Below are positions 1-13,800 of a DNA stretch of 64,000 nucleotides, in pieces. How positions within the stretch are numbered: the stretch's first letter is position 1; the number at the start of each line of letters is the position of its first letter. The stretch comes from Balanoglossus misakiensis. Taxonomy: Eukaryota > Animalia > Hemichordata. The position numbers were made by a program, and so were the translations under genes. The notes below the pieces were generated by a model, which saw nothing but the letters and a program-made list of their open reading frames with translations, did no database searches and was not told the DNA's origin. Where the stretch lies: positions 16,096,550 to 16,160,549 of the forward strand of contig CM082579.2 in the NCBI GenBank assembly GCA_040954595.2, in the 5' to 3' direction.

Positions 1-420
1 AAAAAAACCTTTGTTCTTCGAATTTGGTGCCCTGATCATATATGACATGTTGATTGTATGTTAAAACTCTCGACCACTCCAAAAATGCAGAGATATTGAC
101 GGAATTCAAGAAAAATAGCCATTTTGGCCATATTTTGACAAAAATGGTAAATTTTTGAAAAATCATAAAAAATTAACTCTTTTCTTCATTTTCGGAAATA
201 TTATGGAGCATGAAGTGTCGTTCTCTTGTAAAATGTGCTGCAAATTCCAGAAAAGGCGGTATAATTTGAATCACCCAAGACAAAATTGCAATTTTTCGAC
301 TTTTTTTCGAAAAATTGTCTTTTTTACAAAATAAATAAGAATAAATTCTTTTCTTAGTTTCAAACGGGTAGAGATACTTTCCACACGGGTTTTCTAACAT
401 TGAATTCCCGTTCATCAACT

Positions 421-1300
421 CAGATTTCCTACAGCATAAGTCGGCTAAAACCCTGACACTCTAGAGCAGAAACAGTTGCACACTGGTAACGTTGAACAAG
501 TCGATTTTTCTACGGCCTGGCTCGGCTAAATCTCCGTCACAATATGACAGACACTAGCGTACGTTAGCAACGGTGATCAAGTCAGATTTTCTACGGCATG
601 GCTTGGATAAAGCCCCGGCACTCTAGAGCAGAAACACGCGTACAGAGACCACGTTGATCAAGTCTGATCTCCTACGGCTTGGCTCGACTAAAACCCCGGC
701 ACACTATGACAGACATTAGCGTTCGTTAGCAACGTTGATCAAGTCAGATTTCCTACGGCATGGCTTGGCTAAAGCCCTGGCACTCTAGAGCAGAAACACG
801 CGTACAGAGACCACGTTGATCTACTCACATTTCCTTCGGCCTGGCACGGCTGATGCCCCGGCACTATATATAGGACACAAACTGGCGTAAGTTAACAACG
901 GTAATCACGTCGGGTTTCCCACGGCCTGGCTCAGCTGAAGCCCCGGCACTCTAGAGCAGAAACAGGCGTACATTGACCACGTTGATCAAGTCAGATTTCA
1001 TACGGCGTGACTCGGCTGGTGCACCGGCTCTATATGACACAGACTGGCGTAAGTTATCAACGGTGATTACATCGGATTTCCTACGGCCTGGTTTAGCTGA
1101 AGCCCCGGCACTTTAGAGCGGAAACACGCGTACATTGACCACGATGATCAAGTCAGATCTCCTACGGCCTGGCTCGACTAAAACCCCGGCACACCATGAC
1201 AGACACTAGCGTTCGTTAGCAACGGTGATCAAGTCGGATTTCCTTCGGCCTGGCTCTGCAAAAGACCCGACACTCTAGTACAAAGACGTTGGCTAAGTCG
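421..1300 (+). repeat. GC-richer sub-array of the monomer (example copy): 11 x 81-bp subunits alternating as a 162-bp dimer
   Basis: The CTACGGC-like core sits at 429, 510, 591, 672, 753, 834, 919, 1000, 1081, 1162 and 1243 (81-bp steps, one 85). Odd units carry CT(C/T)TAGAGC-like motifs and even units carry ATGACA/ACT(A/G)GCG-like motifs. Confidence 0.95.
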
Positions 1301-3929
1301 GGCAAACCGAACAGGGAAAGTCACAGCGGGTCAACACTCGACATTTGTTCCGGTAGGACTGCATTATTGCCTGTCAATTTATAGAGAAAGCCCGAATTTA
1401 ACCAGGGCGTTTCAAACACCGACGTTAGTTGGGGGCACGGCCTGCAGTACTGCCGGGTAAGCTGACATCAGCGTACCGCATATAATGTAGGGGGGGGAAC
1501 AGAACGGTTCAATACTACATTTATCAGATATCAGCTAATTTTTGACAATCATCTAAAATGTAAATCATCTTTTCATATTTGGATGATGTATGAAATTTCC
1601 ATTATATGTAAAAATGGTGCTGATTATAAAAATGCACTCTGAATGAGCTGATTTAATACAAAATTGCGTTTTATTCGTTTTTGCACCAAAAAGGTCAACA
1701 CTCGACATATGTTCCGGTAGGACTGCATTATTGCCTGTCAATTTATAGAGAAAGCCCGAATTTAACGAGGGCGTTTCAAACACCGACGTTAGTTGGGGGC
1801 ACGGCCTGCAGTACTGCCGGGTAAGCTGACATCAGCGTACCGCATATAATGTAGGGGGGGGGGGACAGAACGGTTCAATACTACATTTATCAGATATCAG
1901 CTAATTTTTGACAATCATCTAAAATGTAAATCATCTTTTCATATTTGGATGATGTATGAAATTTCCATTATATGTAAAAATGGTGCTGATTATAAAAATG
2001 CACTCTGAATGAGCTGATTTAATACAAAATTGCGTTTTATTCGTTTTTGCACCAAAAAGGTCATTTTTAGTCAAAACATTCTTTATTTTTTTAATTCGGT
2101 GACCTTATCATATATAAACAATTGCTTGTATGTTAAAAGTTTTTATGACTTTTAAAAGCAGTGACACTGGCGGCATTCAACACGAAAATAACAATTTTAG
2201 CCACAATTCGGTCAAAATGGTAAATTTTTGAAAATTACAAAAAATACCTGTTTTCTACATTTTCGGAAATCTGATGGAGTATAGAATGCTCTTCGTATGT
2301 ATATATCGATACAAATTCCACAAAAGACCGTCTAATTTGGCTCACTGCAGACAAAATTGCGTTTTACCAAATTTTCCTTGAAAATGTCATTTTTAGAAAA
2401 AAAAATAAAAAACCTTTGTTCTTCGAATTTAGTGCCTGATCATATATGACATGTTGATTGTATGTTAAAACTTTCGACCACTCCAAAAATGCTGAGATAT
2501 TGACGGAATTAAAGAAAAAATAGCCATTTTGGCCATATTTTGACAAAAATGGTAAATTTTTAAAAAATCATAAAAAATTAACTCTTTTCTTCATTTTCGG
2601 AAATATTATAGAGCATGAAGTGTCGTTCTCTTGTAAAAAGTGCTGCAAATTCCAGAAAAGGCGGTATAATTTGAATCAACCAAGACAAAATTACCATTTT
2701 CGACTTTTTTTCGAAATATTGTTTTTTTACAAAATAAATAAGAATAAATTCTTTTCTTAGTTCTAAACGGGTAGAGATACTTTCCACACGGATTTCTAAC
2801 ATTGAATTCCCGTTCATCAACTCAGATTTCCTACAAGTCGGCTAAAACCCTGACACTCTAGAACAGAAACAGTTGCACACTGGTAACGTTGAACAAGTCG
2901 ATTTTTCTACGGCCTGGCTCGGCTAAATCTCCGTCACAATATGACAGACACTAGCGTAGGTTAGCAACGGTGATCAAGTCAGATTTTCTACGGCATGGCT
3001 TGGATAAAGCCCCGGCACTCCAGAGCAGAAACACGCGTACAGAGACCACGTTGATCAAGTCTGATCTCCTACGGCTTGGTTCGACTAAAAACCCCGGCAC
3101 ACTATGACAGACACTAGCGTTCGTTAGCAACGGTGATCAAGTCAGATTTTCTACGGCATGGCTTGGCTAAAGCCCTGGCACTCTAGAGCAGAAACACGCG
3201 TACAGAGACCACGTTGATCTACTCACATTTCCTTCGGCCTGGCACGGCTGATGCCCCGGCACTATATATAGGACACAAACTGGCGTAAGTTAACAACGGT
3301 AATCACGTCGGGTTTCCTACGGCCTGGCTCAGCTGAAGCCCCGGCTCTATAGAGCAGAAACAGGCGTACATTGACCACGTTGATCAAGTAAGATTTCCTA
3401 CGGCGTGACTCGGCTGGTACACCGGCTCTATATGACACAGACTGGCGTAAGTTATCAACGGTGATTACGTCGGATTTCATACGGCCTGGTTTAGCTGAAG
3501 CCCCGGCACTTTAGAGCGGAAACACGCGTACATTGACCACGATGATCAAGTCAGATCTCCTACGGCCTGGCTCGACTAAAACCCCGGCACACCATGACAG
3601 ACACTAGCGTTCGTTAGCAACGGTGATCAAGTCGGATTTCCTTCGGCCTGGCTCTGCAAAAGACCCGACACTCTAGTACAAAGACGTTGGCTAAGTCGGG
3701 CAAACCGAAGAGGGAAAGTCACAGCGGGTTAACACTCGACATTTGTTCCGGTAGGACTACATTATTGCCTGTCAATTTATAGAGAAAGCCCGAATTTAAC
3801 CAGGGCGTTTCAAACACCGACGTTAGTTGTGGGCACGGCCTGCAGTACTGATGGGTAAGCTGACATCGGCGTACCGCATGTAATGTAGGGGGGGGGGGGG
3901 GACAGAACGGTTCAATACTACATTTATTA

Positions 3930-4860
3930 GATATCAGCTACTTTTGGACAATCATCTAAAATCTAAATCATTTTTTCATATTTGGATATCTGATGATGTA
4001 TGAAATTTCCATTATATGTAAAAATGGTGCTGATTATAAAAAATGCACTCTGAATGAGCTGATTTAATACAAAATTGCGTTTTATTCGTTTTTGCACCAA
4101 AAAGGTCATTTTTAGGGAAAACATTCTTTATTCTTTAAATTCGGTGACCTGATCATATATAAACAATTGCTTGTATGTTAAAAGTTTTAATGACTTTTAA
4201 AAGCAGTGACACTGGCGGCATTCAACGCGAAAATAACAATTTTAGCCACAATTCGGTCAAAATGGTAAATTTTTGAAAATTACAAAAAATACCTGTTTTC
4301 TACATTTTCGGAAATCTGATGGAGTATAGAATGCTCTTCGTATACATATATCGATACAAATTCCACAAAAAACGGCCAATTTGGCTCACTGCAGACAAAA
4401 TTGCGTTTTACCAAATTTTCCTTGAAAATGTCATTTTTAGAAAAAAAAAAAAAAAACCTTTGTTCTTCGAATTTAGTGCCTGATCATATATGACATGTTG
4501 ATTGTATGTTAAAACTTTCGACCACTCCAAAAATGCTGAGATATTGACGGAATTAAAGAAAAAATAGCCATTTTGGCCATATTTTGACAAAAATGGTAAA
4601 TTTTTAAAAAATCATAAAAATTAACTCTTTTCTTCATTTTCGGAAATATTATAGAGCATGAAGTGTCGTTCTCTTGTAAAAAGTGCTGCAAATTCCAGAA
4701 AAGGCGGTATAATTTGAATCAACCAAGACAAAATTACCATTTTCGACTTTTTTTCAAAATATTGTTTTTTTACAAAATAAATAAGAATAAATTCTTTTCT
4801 TAGTTCTAAACGGGTAGAGATACTTTCCACACGGATTTCTAACATTGAATTCCCGTTCAT
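3930..4860 (+). repeat. AT-rich block of the monomer (example copy): about three degenerate ~332-bp units, each a dimer of ~166 bp
   Basis: AAAATGGTAAATTTT, ACAAAATTGCGTTTTA/ACAAAATTACCATTTT, CATTTTCGGAAAT and CTGATCATATAT...TTGTATGTTAAAA each recur ~330 bp apart. AAAATGTCATTTTT lies ~167 bp from AAAATGGTAAATTTT. Confidence 0.8.
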
Positions 4861-7800
4861 CAACTCAGATTTCCTACAAGTCGGCTAAAACCCTGACACT
4901 CTAGAACAGAAACAGTTGCACACTGGTAACGTTGAACAAGTCGATTTTTCTACGGCCTGGCTCGGCTAAATCTCCGTCACAATATGACAGACACTAGCGT
5001 AGGTTAGCAACGGTGATCAAGTCAGATTTTCTACGGCATGGCTTGGATAAAGCCCCGGCACTCCAGAGCAGAAACACGCGTACAGAGACCACGTTGATCA
5101 AGTCTGATCTCCTACGGCTTGGTTCGACTAAAAACCCCGGCACACTATGACAGACACTAGCGTTCGTTAGCAACGGTGATCAAGTCAGATTTTCTACGGC
5201 ATGGCTTGGCTAAAGCCCTGGCACTCTAGAGCAGAAACACGCGTACAGAGACCACGTTGATCTACTCACATTTCCTTCGGCCTGGCACGGCTGATGCCCC
5301 GGCACTATATATAGGACACAAACTGGCGTAAGTTAACAACGGTAATCACGTCGGGTTTCCTACGGCCTGGCTCAGCTGAAGCCCCGGCTCTCTAGAGCAG
5401 AAACAGGCGTACATTGACCACGTTGATCAAGTAAGATTTCCTACGGCGTGACTCGGCTGGTACACCGGCTCTATATGACACAGACTGGCGTAAGTTATCA
5501 ACGGTGATTACGTCGGATTTCATACGGCCTGGTTTAGCTGAAGCCCCGGCACTTTAGAGCGGAAACACGCGTACATTGACCACGATGATCAAGTCAGATC
5601 TCCTACGGCCTGGCTCGACTAAAACCCCGGCACACCATGACAGACACTAGCGTTCGTTAGCAACGGTGATCAAGTCGGATTTCCTTCGGCCTGGCTCTGC
5701 AAAAGACCCGACACTCTAGTACAAAGACGTTGGCTAAGTCGGGCAAACCGAAGAGGGAAAGTCACAGCGGGTTAACACTCGACATTTTTTCCGGTAGGAC
5801 TACATTATTGCCTGTCAATTTATAGAGAAAGCCCGAATTTAACCAGGGCGTTTCAAACACCGACGTTAGTTGTGGGCACGGCCTGCAGTACTGATGGGTA
5901 AGCTGACATCGGCGTACCGCATGTAATGTAGGGGGGGGGGGGGGACAGAACGGTTCAATACTACATTTATTAGATATCAGCTACTTTTGGACAATCATCT
6001 AAAATCTAAATCATTTTTTCATATTTGGATATCTGATGATGTATGAAATTTCCATTATATGTAAAAATGGTGCTGATTATAAAAAATGCACTCTGAATGA
6101 GCTGATTTAATACAAAATTGCGTTTTATTCGTTTTTGCACCAAAAAGGTCATTTTTAGGGAAAACATTCTTTATTCTTTAAATTCGGTGACCTGATCATA
6201 TATAAACAATTGCTTGTATGTTAAAAGTTTTAATGACTTTTAAAAGCAGTGACACTGGCGGCATTCAACGCGAAAATAACAATTTTAGCCACAATTCGGT
6301 CAAAATGGTAATTTTTTGAAAATTACAAAAAATACCTGTTTTCTACATTTTCGGAAATCTGATGGAGTATAGAATGCTCTTCGTATACATATATCGATAC
6401 AAATTCCACAAAAAAACGGCCAATTTGGCTCACTGCAGACAAAATTGCGTTTTACCAAATTTTCCTTGAAAATGTCATTTTTAGAAAAAAAAATAAAAAA
6501 AAACCTTTGTTCTTCGAATTTGGTGCCCTGATCATATATGACATGTTGATTGTATGTTAAAACTTTCGACCACTCCAAAAATGCAGAGATATTGACGGAA
6601 TTCAAGAAAAAATAGCCATTTTGTCCATATTTTGACAAAAATTGTAAATTTTTAAAAAATCATAAAAAATTAACTCTTTTCTTCATTTTCGGAAATATTA
6701 TGGAGCATGAAGTGTCGTTCTCTTGTAAAAAGTGCTGCAAATTCCAGAAAAGGCGGTATAATTTGAATCACCCATGACAAAATTACCATTTTCGACTTTT
6801 TTTCGAAAAATTGTGATTTTTTCAAAATAAATAAGAATAAATTCTTTTCTTAGTTTCAAAAGGGTAGAGACACTTTCCACACAGGTTTTTAAACATTGAA
6901 TTCCCATTCATCAACTCAGATTTCCTACAGCATAAGTCGGCTAAAACCCTGACACTCTAGTGCAGAAACAGTTGCACACTGGTAACGTTGAACAAGTCGA
7001 TTTTTCTACGGCCTGGCTCGGCTAAATCTCCGTCACAATATGACAGACACTAGCGTTCGTTAGCAACGTTGATCAAGTCAGATTTCCTACGGCATGGCTT
7101 GGCTAAAGCCCTGGCACTCTAGAGCAGAAACACGCGTACAGAAACCACGTTGATCTACTCACATTTCCTTCGGCCTGGCACGGCTGATGCCCCGGCAGTA
7201 TATATAGGACACAGACTTGCGTAAGTTAACAACGGTAATCACGTCGGGTTTCCTACGGCCTGGCTCAGCTGAAGCCCCGGCACTCTAGAGCAGAAACAGG
7301 CGTACATTGACCACGTTGATCAAATCAGATTCCTACGGCGTGACTCCGCTGGTGCACCGGCTCTATATGACACAGACTGGCGTAAGTTATCAACGGTGAT
7401 TACGTCGGATTTCCTACGGCCTGGTTTAGCTGAAGCCCCGGCACTTTAGAGCGGAAACACGCGTACATTGACCACGATGATCAAGTCAGATCTCCTACGG
7501 CTTGGCTCGACTAAAACCCCGGCACACTATGACAGACACTAGCGTTCGTTAGCAACGTTGATCAATTCAGATTTCCTACGGCATGGCTTGGCTAAAGCCC
7601 TGGCATTCTAGAGCAGAAACACGCGTACAGAGACCACATTGATCTACTCACATTTCCTTAGGCCTGGCACGGCTGATGCCCCGGCACTATATATAGGACA
7701 CAGACTGGCGTAAGTTAACAACGGTAATCACGTCGGGTTTCCTACGGCCTGGCTCAGCTGAAGCCCCGGCACTCTAGAGCAGAAACAGGCGTACATTGAC

Positions 7801-10800
7801 CACGTTGATCAAATTAGATTCCTACGGCATGACTCGGCTGGTGCACCGGCTCTATATGACACAGACTGGCGTAAGTTATCAACGGTGATTACGTCGGATT
7901 TCCTACGGCCTGGTTTAGCTGAAGCCCCGGCACTTTAGAGCGGAAACACGCGTACATTGACCACGATGATCCAGTCAGATCTCCTACGGCCTGGCTCGAC
8001 TAAAACCCCGGCACACCATGACAGACACTAGCGTTCGTTAGCAACGGTGATCAAGTCGGATTTCCTTCGGCCTGGCTCTGCAAAACACCCGACACTCTAG
8101 TACAAAGACGTTGGCTAATCGGGCAAACCGAAGAGGGAAAGTCACAGCGGGTCAACACTCGACATTTGTTCCGGTAGGACTACATTATTGCCTGTCAATT
8201 TATAGAGAAAGCCCGAATTTAACCAGGGCGTTTCAAACACCGACGTTAGTTGTGGGCACGGCCTGCAGTACTGACGGGTAAGCTGACATCGGCGTACCGC
8301 ATTTAATGTAGGGGGGGAACAGAACGGTTCAATGCTATATTTATTAGATATCAGCTACTTTTGGACAATCATCTAAAATCTAAATCATTTTTTCATATTT
8401 GGATATCTGATGATGTATGAAATTTCCATTATATGTAAAAATGGTGCTGATTATAAAAAATGCACTCTGAATGAGCTGATTTAATACAAAATTGCGTTTT
8501 ATTCGTTTTTGCACCAAAAAGGTCATTTTAAGGGAAAACATTCTTTATTCTTTAAATTCGGTGACCTGATCATATATAAACAATTGCTTGTATGTTAAAA
8601 GTTTTAATGACTTTTAAAAGCAGTGACACTGGCGGCATTCAACACGAAAATAACAATTTTAGCCACAATTCGGTCAAAATGGTAAATTTTTGAAAATTAC
8701 AAAAAATACCTGTTTTCTACATTTTCGGAAATCTGATGGAGTATAGAATGCTCTTCGTATACATATATCGATACAAATTCCACAAAAAAACGGCCAATTT
8801 AGCTCACTGCAGACAAAATTGCGTTTTACCAAATTTTCCTTGAAAATGTCATTTTTAGAAAAAAAAATAAAAAAAACCTTTGTTCTTCGAATTTGGTGCC
8901 CTGATCATATATGACATGTTGATTGTATGTTAAAACTTTCGACCACTCCAAAAATGCAGAGATATTGACGGAATTCAAGAAAAAATAGCCATTTTGGCCA
9001 TATTTTGACAAAAATGGTAAATTTTTACAAAATCATAAAAAATTAACTCTTTTCTTCATTTTCGGAAATATTATGGAGCATGAAGTGTCGTTCTCTTGTA
9101 AAAAGTGCTGCAAATTCCAGAAAAGTCGGTATAATTTGAATCACCCATGACAAAATTACCATTTTCGACTTTTTTTCGAAAAATTGTGATTTTTACAAAA
9201 TAAATAAGAATAAATTATTTTCTTAGTTTCAAAAGGGTAGAGACACTTTCCACACGGGTTTTTTAACATTGAATTCCCATTCATCAACTCAGATTTCCTA
9301 CAGCATAAGTCGGCTAAAACCCTGACACTCTAGAGCAGAAACAGTTGCACAATGGTAACGTTGAACAAGTCGATTTTTCTACGGCCTGGCTCGGCTAAAT
9401 CTCCGTCACAATATGACAGACACTAGCGCACGTTAGCAACGGTGATCAAGTCAGATTTTCTACGGCATGGCTGGGATAAAGCCCCGGCACTCTAGAGCAG
9501 AAACACGCGTACAGAGACCACGTTGATCAAGTCTGATCTCCTACGGCTTGGCTCGACTAAAACCCCGGCACACTATGACAGACACTAGCGTTCGTTAGCA
9601 ATGTTGATCAAGTCAGATTTCCAACGGCATGACTTGGCTAAAGCCCTGGCACTCTAGAGCAGAAACACGCGTACAGAGACCACGTTGATCTACTCCCATT
9701 TCCTTCGGCCTGGCACAGCTGATGCCCCGGCACTATATATAGGACACAGACTGGCGTAAGTTAACAACGGTAATCACGTCGGGTTTCCTACGGCCTGGCT
9801 CAGCTGAAGCCCCGGCACTCTAGAGCAGAAACAGGCGTACATTGACCACATTGATCAAGTCAGATGTCCTACGGCGTGACTCCGCTGGTGCACCGGCTCT
9901 ATATGACACAGACTGGCGTAAGTTATCAACGGTGATTACGTCGGATTTCCTACGGCCTGGTTTAGCTCAAGCCCCGGCACTTTAGAGCGGAAACACGCGT
10001 ACATTGACCACGATGATCAAGTCAGATCTCCTACGGCTTGGCTCGACTAAAACCCCGGCACACTATGACAGACACTAGCGTTCGTTAGCAACGTTGATCA
10101 AGTCAGATTTCCTACGGCATGGCTTGGCTAAAGCCCTGGCATTCTAGAGCAGAAACACGCGTACAGAGACCACATTGATCTACTCACATTTCCTTAGGCC
10201 TGGCACGGCTGATGCCCCGCACTATATATAGGACACAGACTGGCGTAAGTTAACAACGGTAATCACGTCGGGTTTCCTACGGCCTGGATCAGCTGAAGCC
10301 CCGGCACTCTAGAGCAGAAACAGGCGTACATTGACCACGTTGATCAAGTCAGATTTCCTACGGCCTGGTTCGACTAAAACCCCGGCACACCATGACAGAC
10401 ACTAGCGTTCGTTAGCAACGGTGATCAAGTCGGATTTCCTTCGGCCTGGCTCGGCAAAAGACCCGACCCTCTAGTACAAAGACGTTGGCTAAGTCGGGCA
10501 AACCGAAGAGGGAAAGTCACAGCGGGTCAACACTCGACATTTGTTCGGGTAGGACTGCATTATTGCCTGTCAATTTATAGAGAAAGCCCGAATTTAACCA
10601 GGGCGTTACAAACACCGACGTTAGTTGGGGGCACGGCCTGCAGTACTGCCGGGTAAGCTGACATCAGCGTACCGCATATAATGTAAGGGGGGGGGGGGGC
10701 AGAACGGTTCAATACTACATTTATTAGATATCAGCTAATTTTGGACAATCATCTAAAATCTAAATCATTTTTTCATATTTGGATATCTGATGATGTATGA

Positions 10801-13800
10801 AATTTCCATTATATGTAAAAATGGTGCTGATTATAAAAAATGCACTCTGAATGAACTGATTTAATACAAAATTACGTTTTATTCGTTTTTGCACCTAAAA
10901 GGTCATTTTTAGGCAAAACATTCTTTATTTTTTTAATTCGGTGACCTGATCATATATAAAGAATGGCTTGTATGTTAAAAGTTTTTATGACTTTTAAAAG
11001 CAGTGACACTGGCGGCATTCAACACGAAAATAACAATTTTAGCCACAATTTGGTCAAAATGGAAAATTTTTCAAAATTACAAAAAATACCCTTTTCTACA
11101 TTTTCGGAAATCTGATGGAGTATAGAATGCTCTTCGTATGTATATATCGATACAAATTCCACAAAAGACCGTCTAATTTGGCTCACTGCAGACAAAATTG
11201 CGTTTTACCAAATTTTCCTTGAAAATGTCATTTTTAGAAAAAAAAATAAAAAAACCTTTGTTCTTCGAATTTGGTGCCCCGATCATATATGACATGTTGA
11301 TTGTATGTTAAAAGTTTCGACCACTCCAAAAATGCAGAGATATTGACGGAATTCAAGAAAAAATAGCCATTTTGGCCATATTTTGACAAAAATGGTAAAA
11401 TTTTAAAAAATCATAAAAAATTAACTCTTTTCTTCATTTTCGGAAATATTATGGAGCATGAAGTGTCGTTCTCTTGTAAAAAGTGCTGCAAATTCCAGAA
11501 AAGGTGGTATAATTTGAATCACCCAAGACAAAATTACCATTTTCGCCTTTGTTTCGAAAAATTGTCTTTTTTACAAAATAAATAAGAATAAATTCTTTTC
11601 TTAGTTTCAAACGAGTAGAGATACTTTCCACACCGGTTTTCTAACATTGAATTCCCGTTCATCAACTCTGATTTCCTACAGCATAAATCGGCTAAAACCC
11701 TGACACTCTAGAGCAGAAACAGTTGCACACTGGTAACGTTGAACAAGTCGATTTTTTACGGCCTGGCTCGGCTAAATCTCCGTCACAATATGACAGACAC
11801 TAGCGTACGTTAGCAACGGTGATCAAGTCAGATTTTCTACGGCATGGCTTGGATAAAGCCCCGGCACTCAAGAGCAGAAACACGCGTACAGAGACCACGT
11901 TGATCAAGTCTGATCTCCTACGGCTTGGCTCGACTAAAACCCCGGCACACTATGACAGACACTAGCGTTCGCTAGCAACGTTGATCAAGTCAGATTTCCT
12001 ACGGCATGGCTTTGCTAAAGCCCTGACACTCTAGAGCAGAAACACGCGTACAGAGACCACGTTGATCTACTCACATTTCCTTCGGCCTGGCACGGCTGAT
12101 GCCCCGGCACTATATATAGTACACAGACTGGCGTAAGTTAACAACTGTAATCACGTCGGGTTTCCTACGGCCTGGCTCAGCTGAAGCCCCGGCACTCTAG
12201 AGCAGAAACAGGCGTACATTGACCACGTTGATCAAGTCAGATTTCCTACGGCGTGACTCGGCTGGTGCACCGGCTCTATATGACACAGACTGGCGTAAGT
12301 TATCAACGGTGATTACGTCGGATTTCATACGGCCTGGTTTAGCTGAAGCCCCGGCACTTTAGAGCGGAAACACGCGTACATTGACCACGATGATCAAGTC
12401 AGATCTCCTACGGCCTGGCTCGACTAAAACCCCGGCACACCATGACAGACACTAGCGTTCGTTAGCAACGGTGATCAAGTCGGATTTCCTTCGGCCTGGC
12501 TCTGCAAAAGACCCGACACTCTAGTACAAAGACGTCGGCTAAGTCGGGCAAACCGAAGAGGGAAAGTCACAGCGTGTCAACACTCGACATTTGGTCGGGT
12601 AGGACTGCATTATTGCCTGTCAATTTATAGAGAAAGCCCGAATTTAACCAGGGCGTTTCAAACACCGACGTTAGGTGGGGGCACGGCCTGCAGTACTGCC
12701 GGGTAAGCTGACATCGGCGTACCGCATATAATGTAGGGGAGGGGGGGGGGGGGAACAGAACGGTTCAATACTACATTTATTAGATATCAGCTAATTTTGG
12801 ACAATCATCTAAAATCTAAATCATTTTTTCATATTTGGATATCTGATGATGTATGAAATTTCCATTATATGTAAAAATGGTGCTGATTATTAAAAAATGC
12901 ACTCTGAAAGAGGTTATTTAATACAAAATTGCGTTTTATTCGTTTTTGCACCAAAAAGGTCATTTTTAGGCCAAACATTCTTTATTTTTTTTAATTCGGT
13001 GACCTGATCATATATAAACAATTGCTTGTATGTTAAAAGTTTTTATGACTTTTAAAAGCAGTGACACTGGCGGCATTCAACACGAAAATAACAATTTTAG
13101 CCATAATTTGGTCAAAATGGTAAATTTTTGAAAATTACAAAAAATACCTGTTTTCTACATTTTCGGAAATCTGATGGAGTATAGAATGCTCTTCGTATGT
13201 ATATATCGATACAAATTCCACAAAAGACAATCTAATTTGGCTCACTGCAGACAAAATTGCGTTTTACCAAATGTTCCTTGAAAATGTCATTTTTAGAAAA
13301 AAAACTAAAAAAAACTTTGTTCTTCGAATTTGGTGCCCTGATCATATATGACATGTTGATTGTATGTTAAAACTTTCGACCACTCCAAAAATGCAGAGAT
13401 ATTGACGGAATTCAAGAAAAAATAGCCATTTTGGCCATATTTTGACAAAAATGGTAATTTTTTAAAAAATCATAAAAAATTAACTCTTTTCTTCATTTTC
13501 GGAAATATTATGGAGCATAAAGTGTCGTTCTCTTGTAAAAAGTGCTGCAAATTCCAGAAAAGGCGGTATAATTTGAATGACCCAAGACAAAATTACCATT
13601 TTCGACTTTTTTTCGAAAAATTGTCTTGTTTTACAAAATAAATAAGAATAAATTCTTTTCTTAGTTTCAAACGGGTAGAGATATTTTACACACGGGTTTT
13701 CTAACATTGAATTCCCGTTCATCAACTCAGATTTCCTACAGCACAAGTCGGCTAAAACCCTGACACTCTAGAGCAGAAACAGTTGCACACTGGTAACGTT

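Noticed and set aside
505-530. CTACGGCC resembling the 5' end of 5S rRNA (tandem 5S array)
   Set aside because: Similarity stops after ~8 nt, with no 5S internal control boxes or 120-nt body.
421-1300. CRISPR-like regular repeats
   Set aside because: The whole 81-bp unit is homologous with no unique spacers. There are no cas genes and the context is eukaryotic.
3888-3901. Poly-G length differences among monomers as a biological signal or G-quadruplex
   Set aside because: Long homopolymers are prone to slippage and sequencing error, so this cannot be interpreted without reads.
3975-4015. Hammerhead-like core CTGATGA-TGTAT-GAAA in nearly every monomer
   Set aside because: There is no stem II, and stems I and III cannot both be formed around a valid NUH site. 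Homologous sub-repeats lack the core. An RNAmotif or Infernal scan would settle it.
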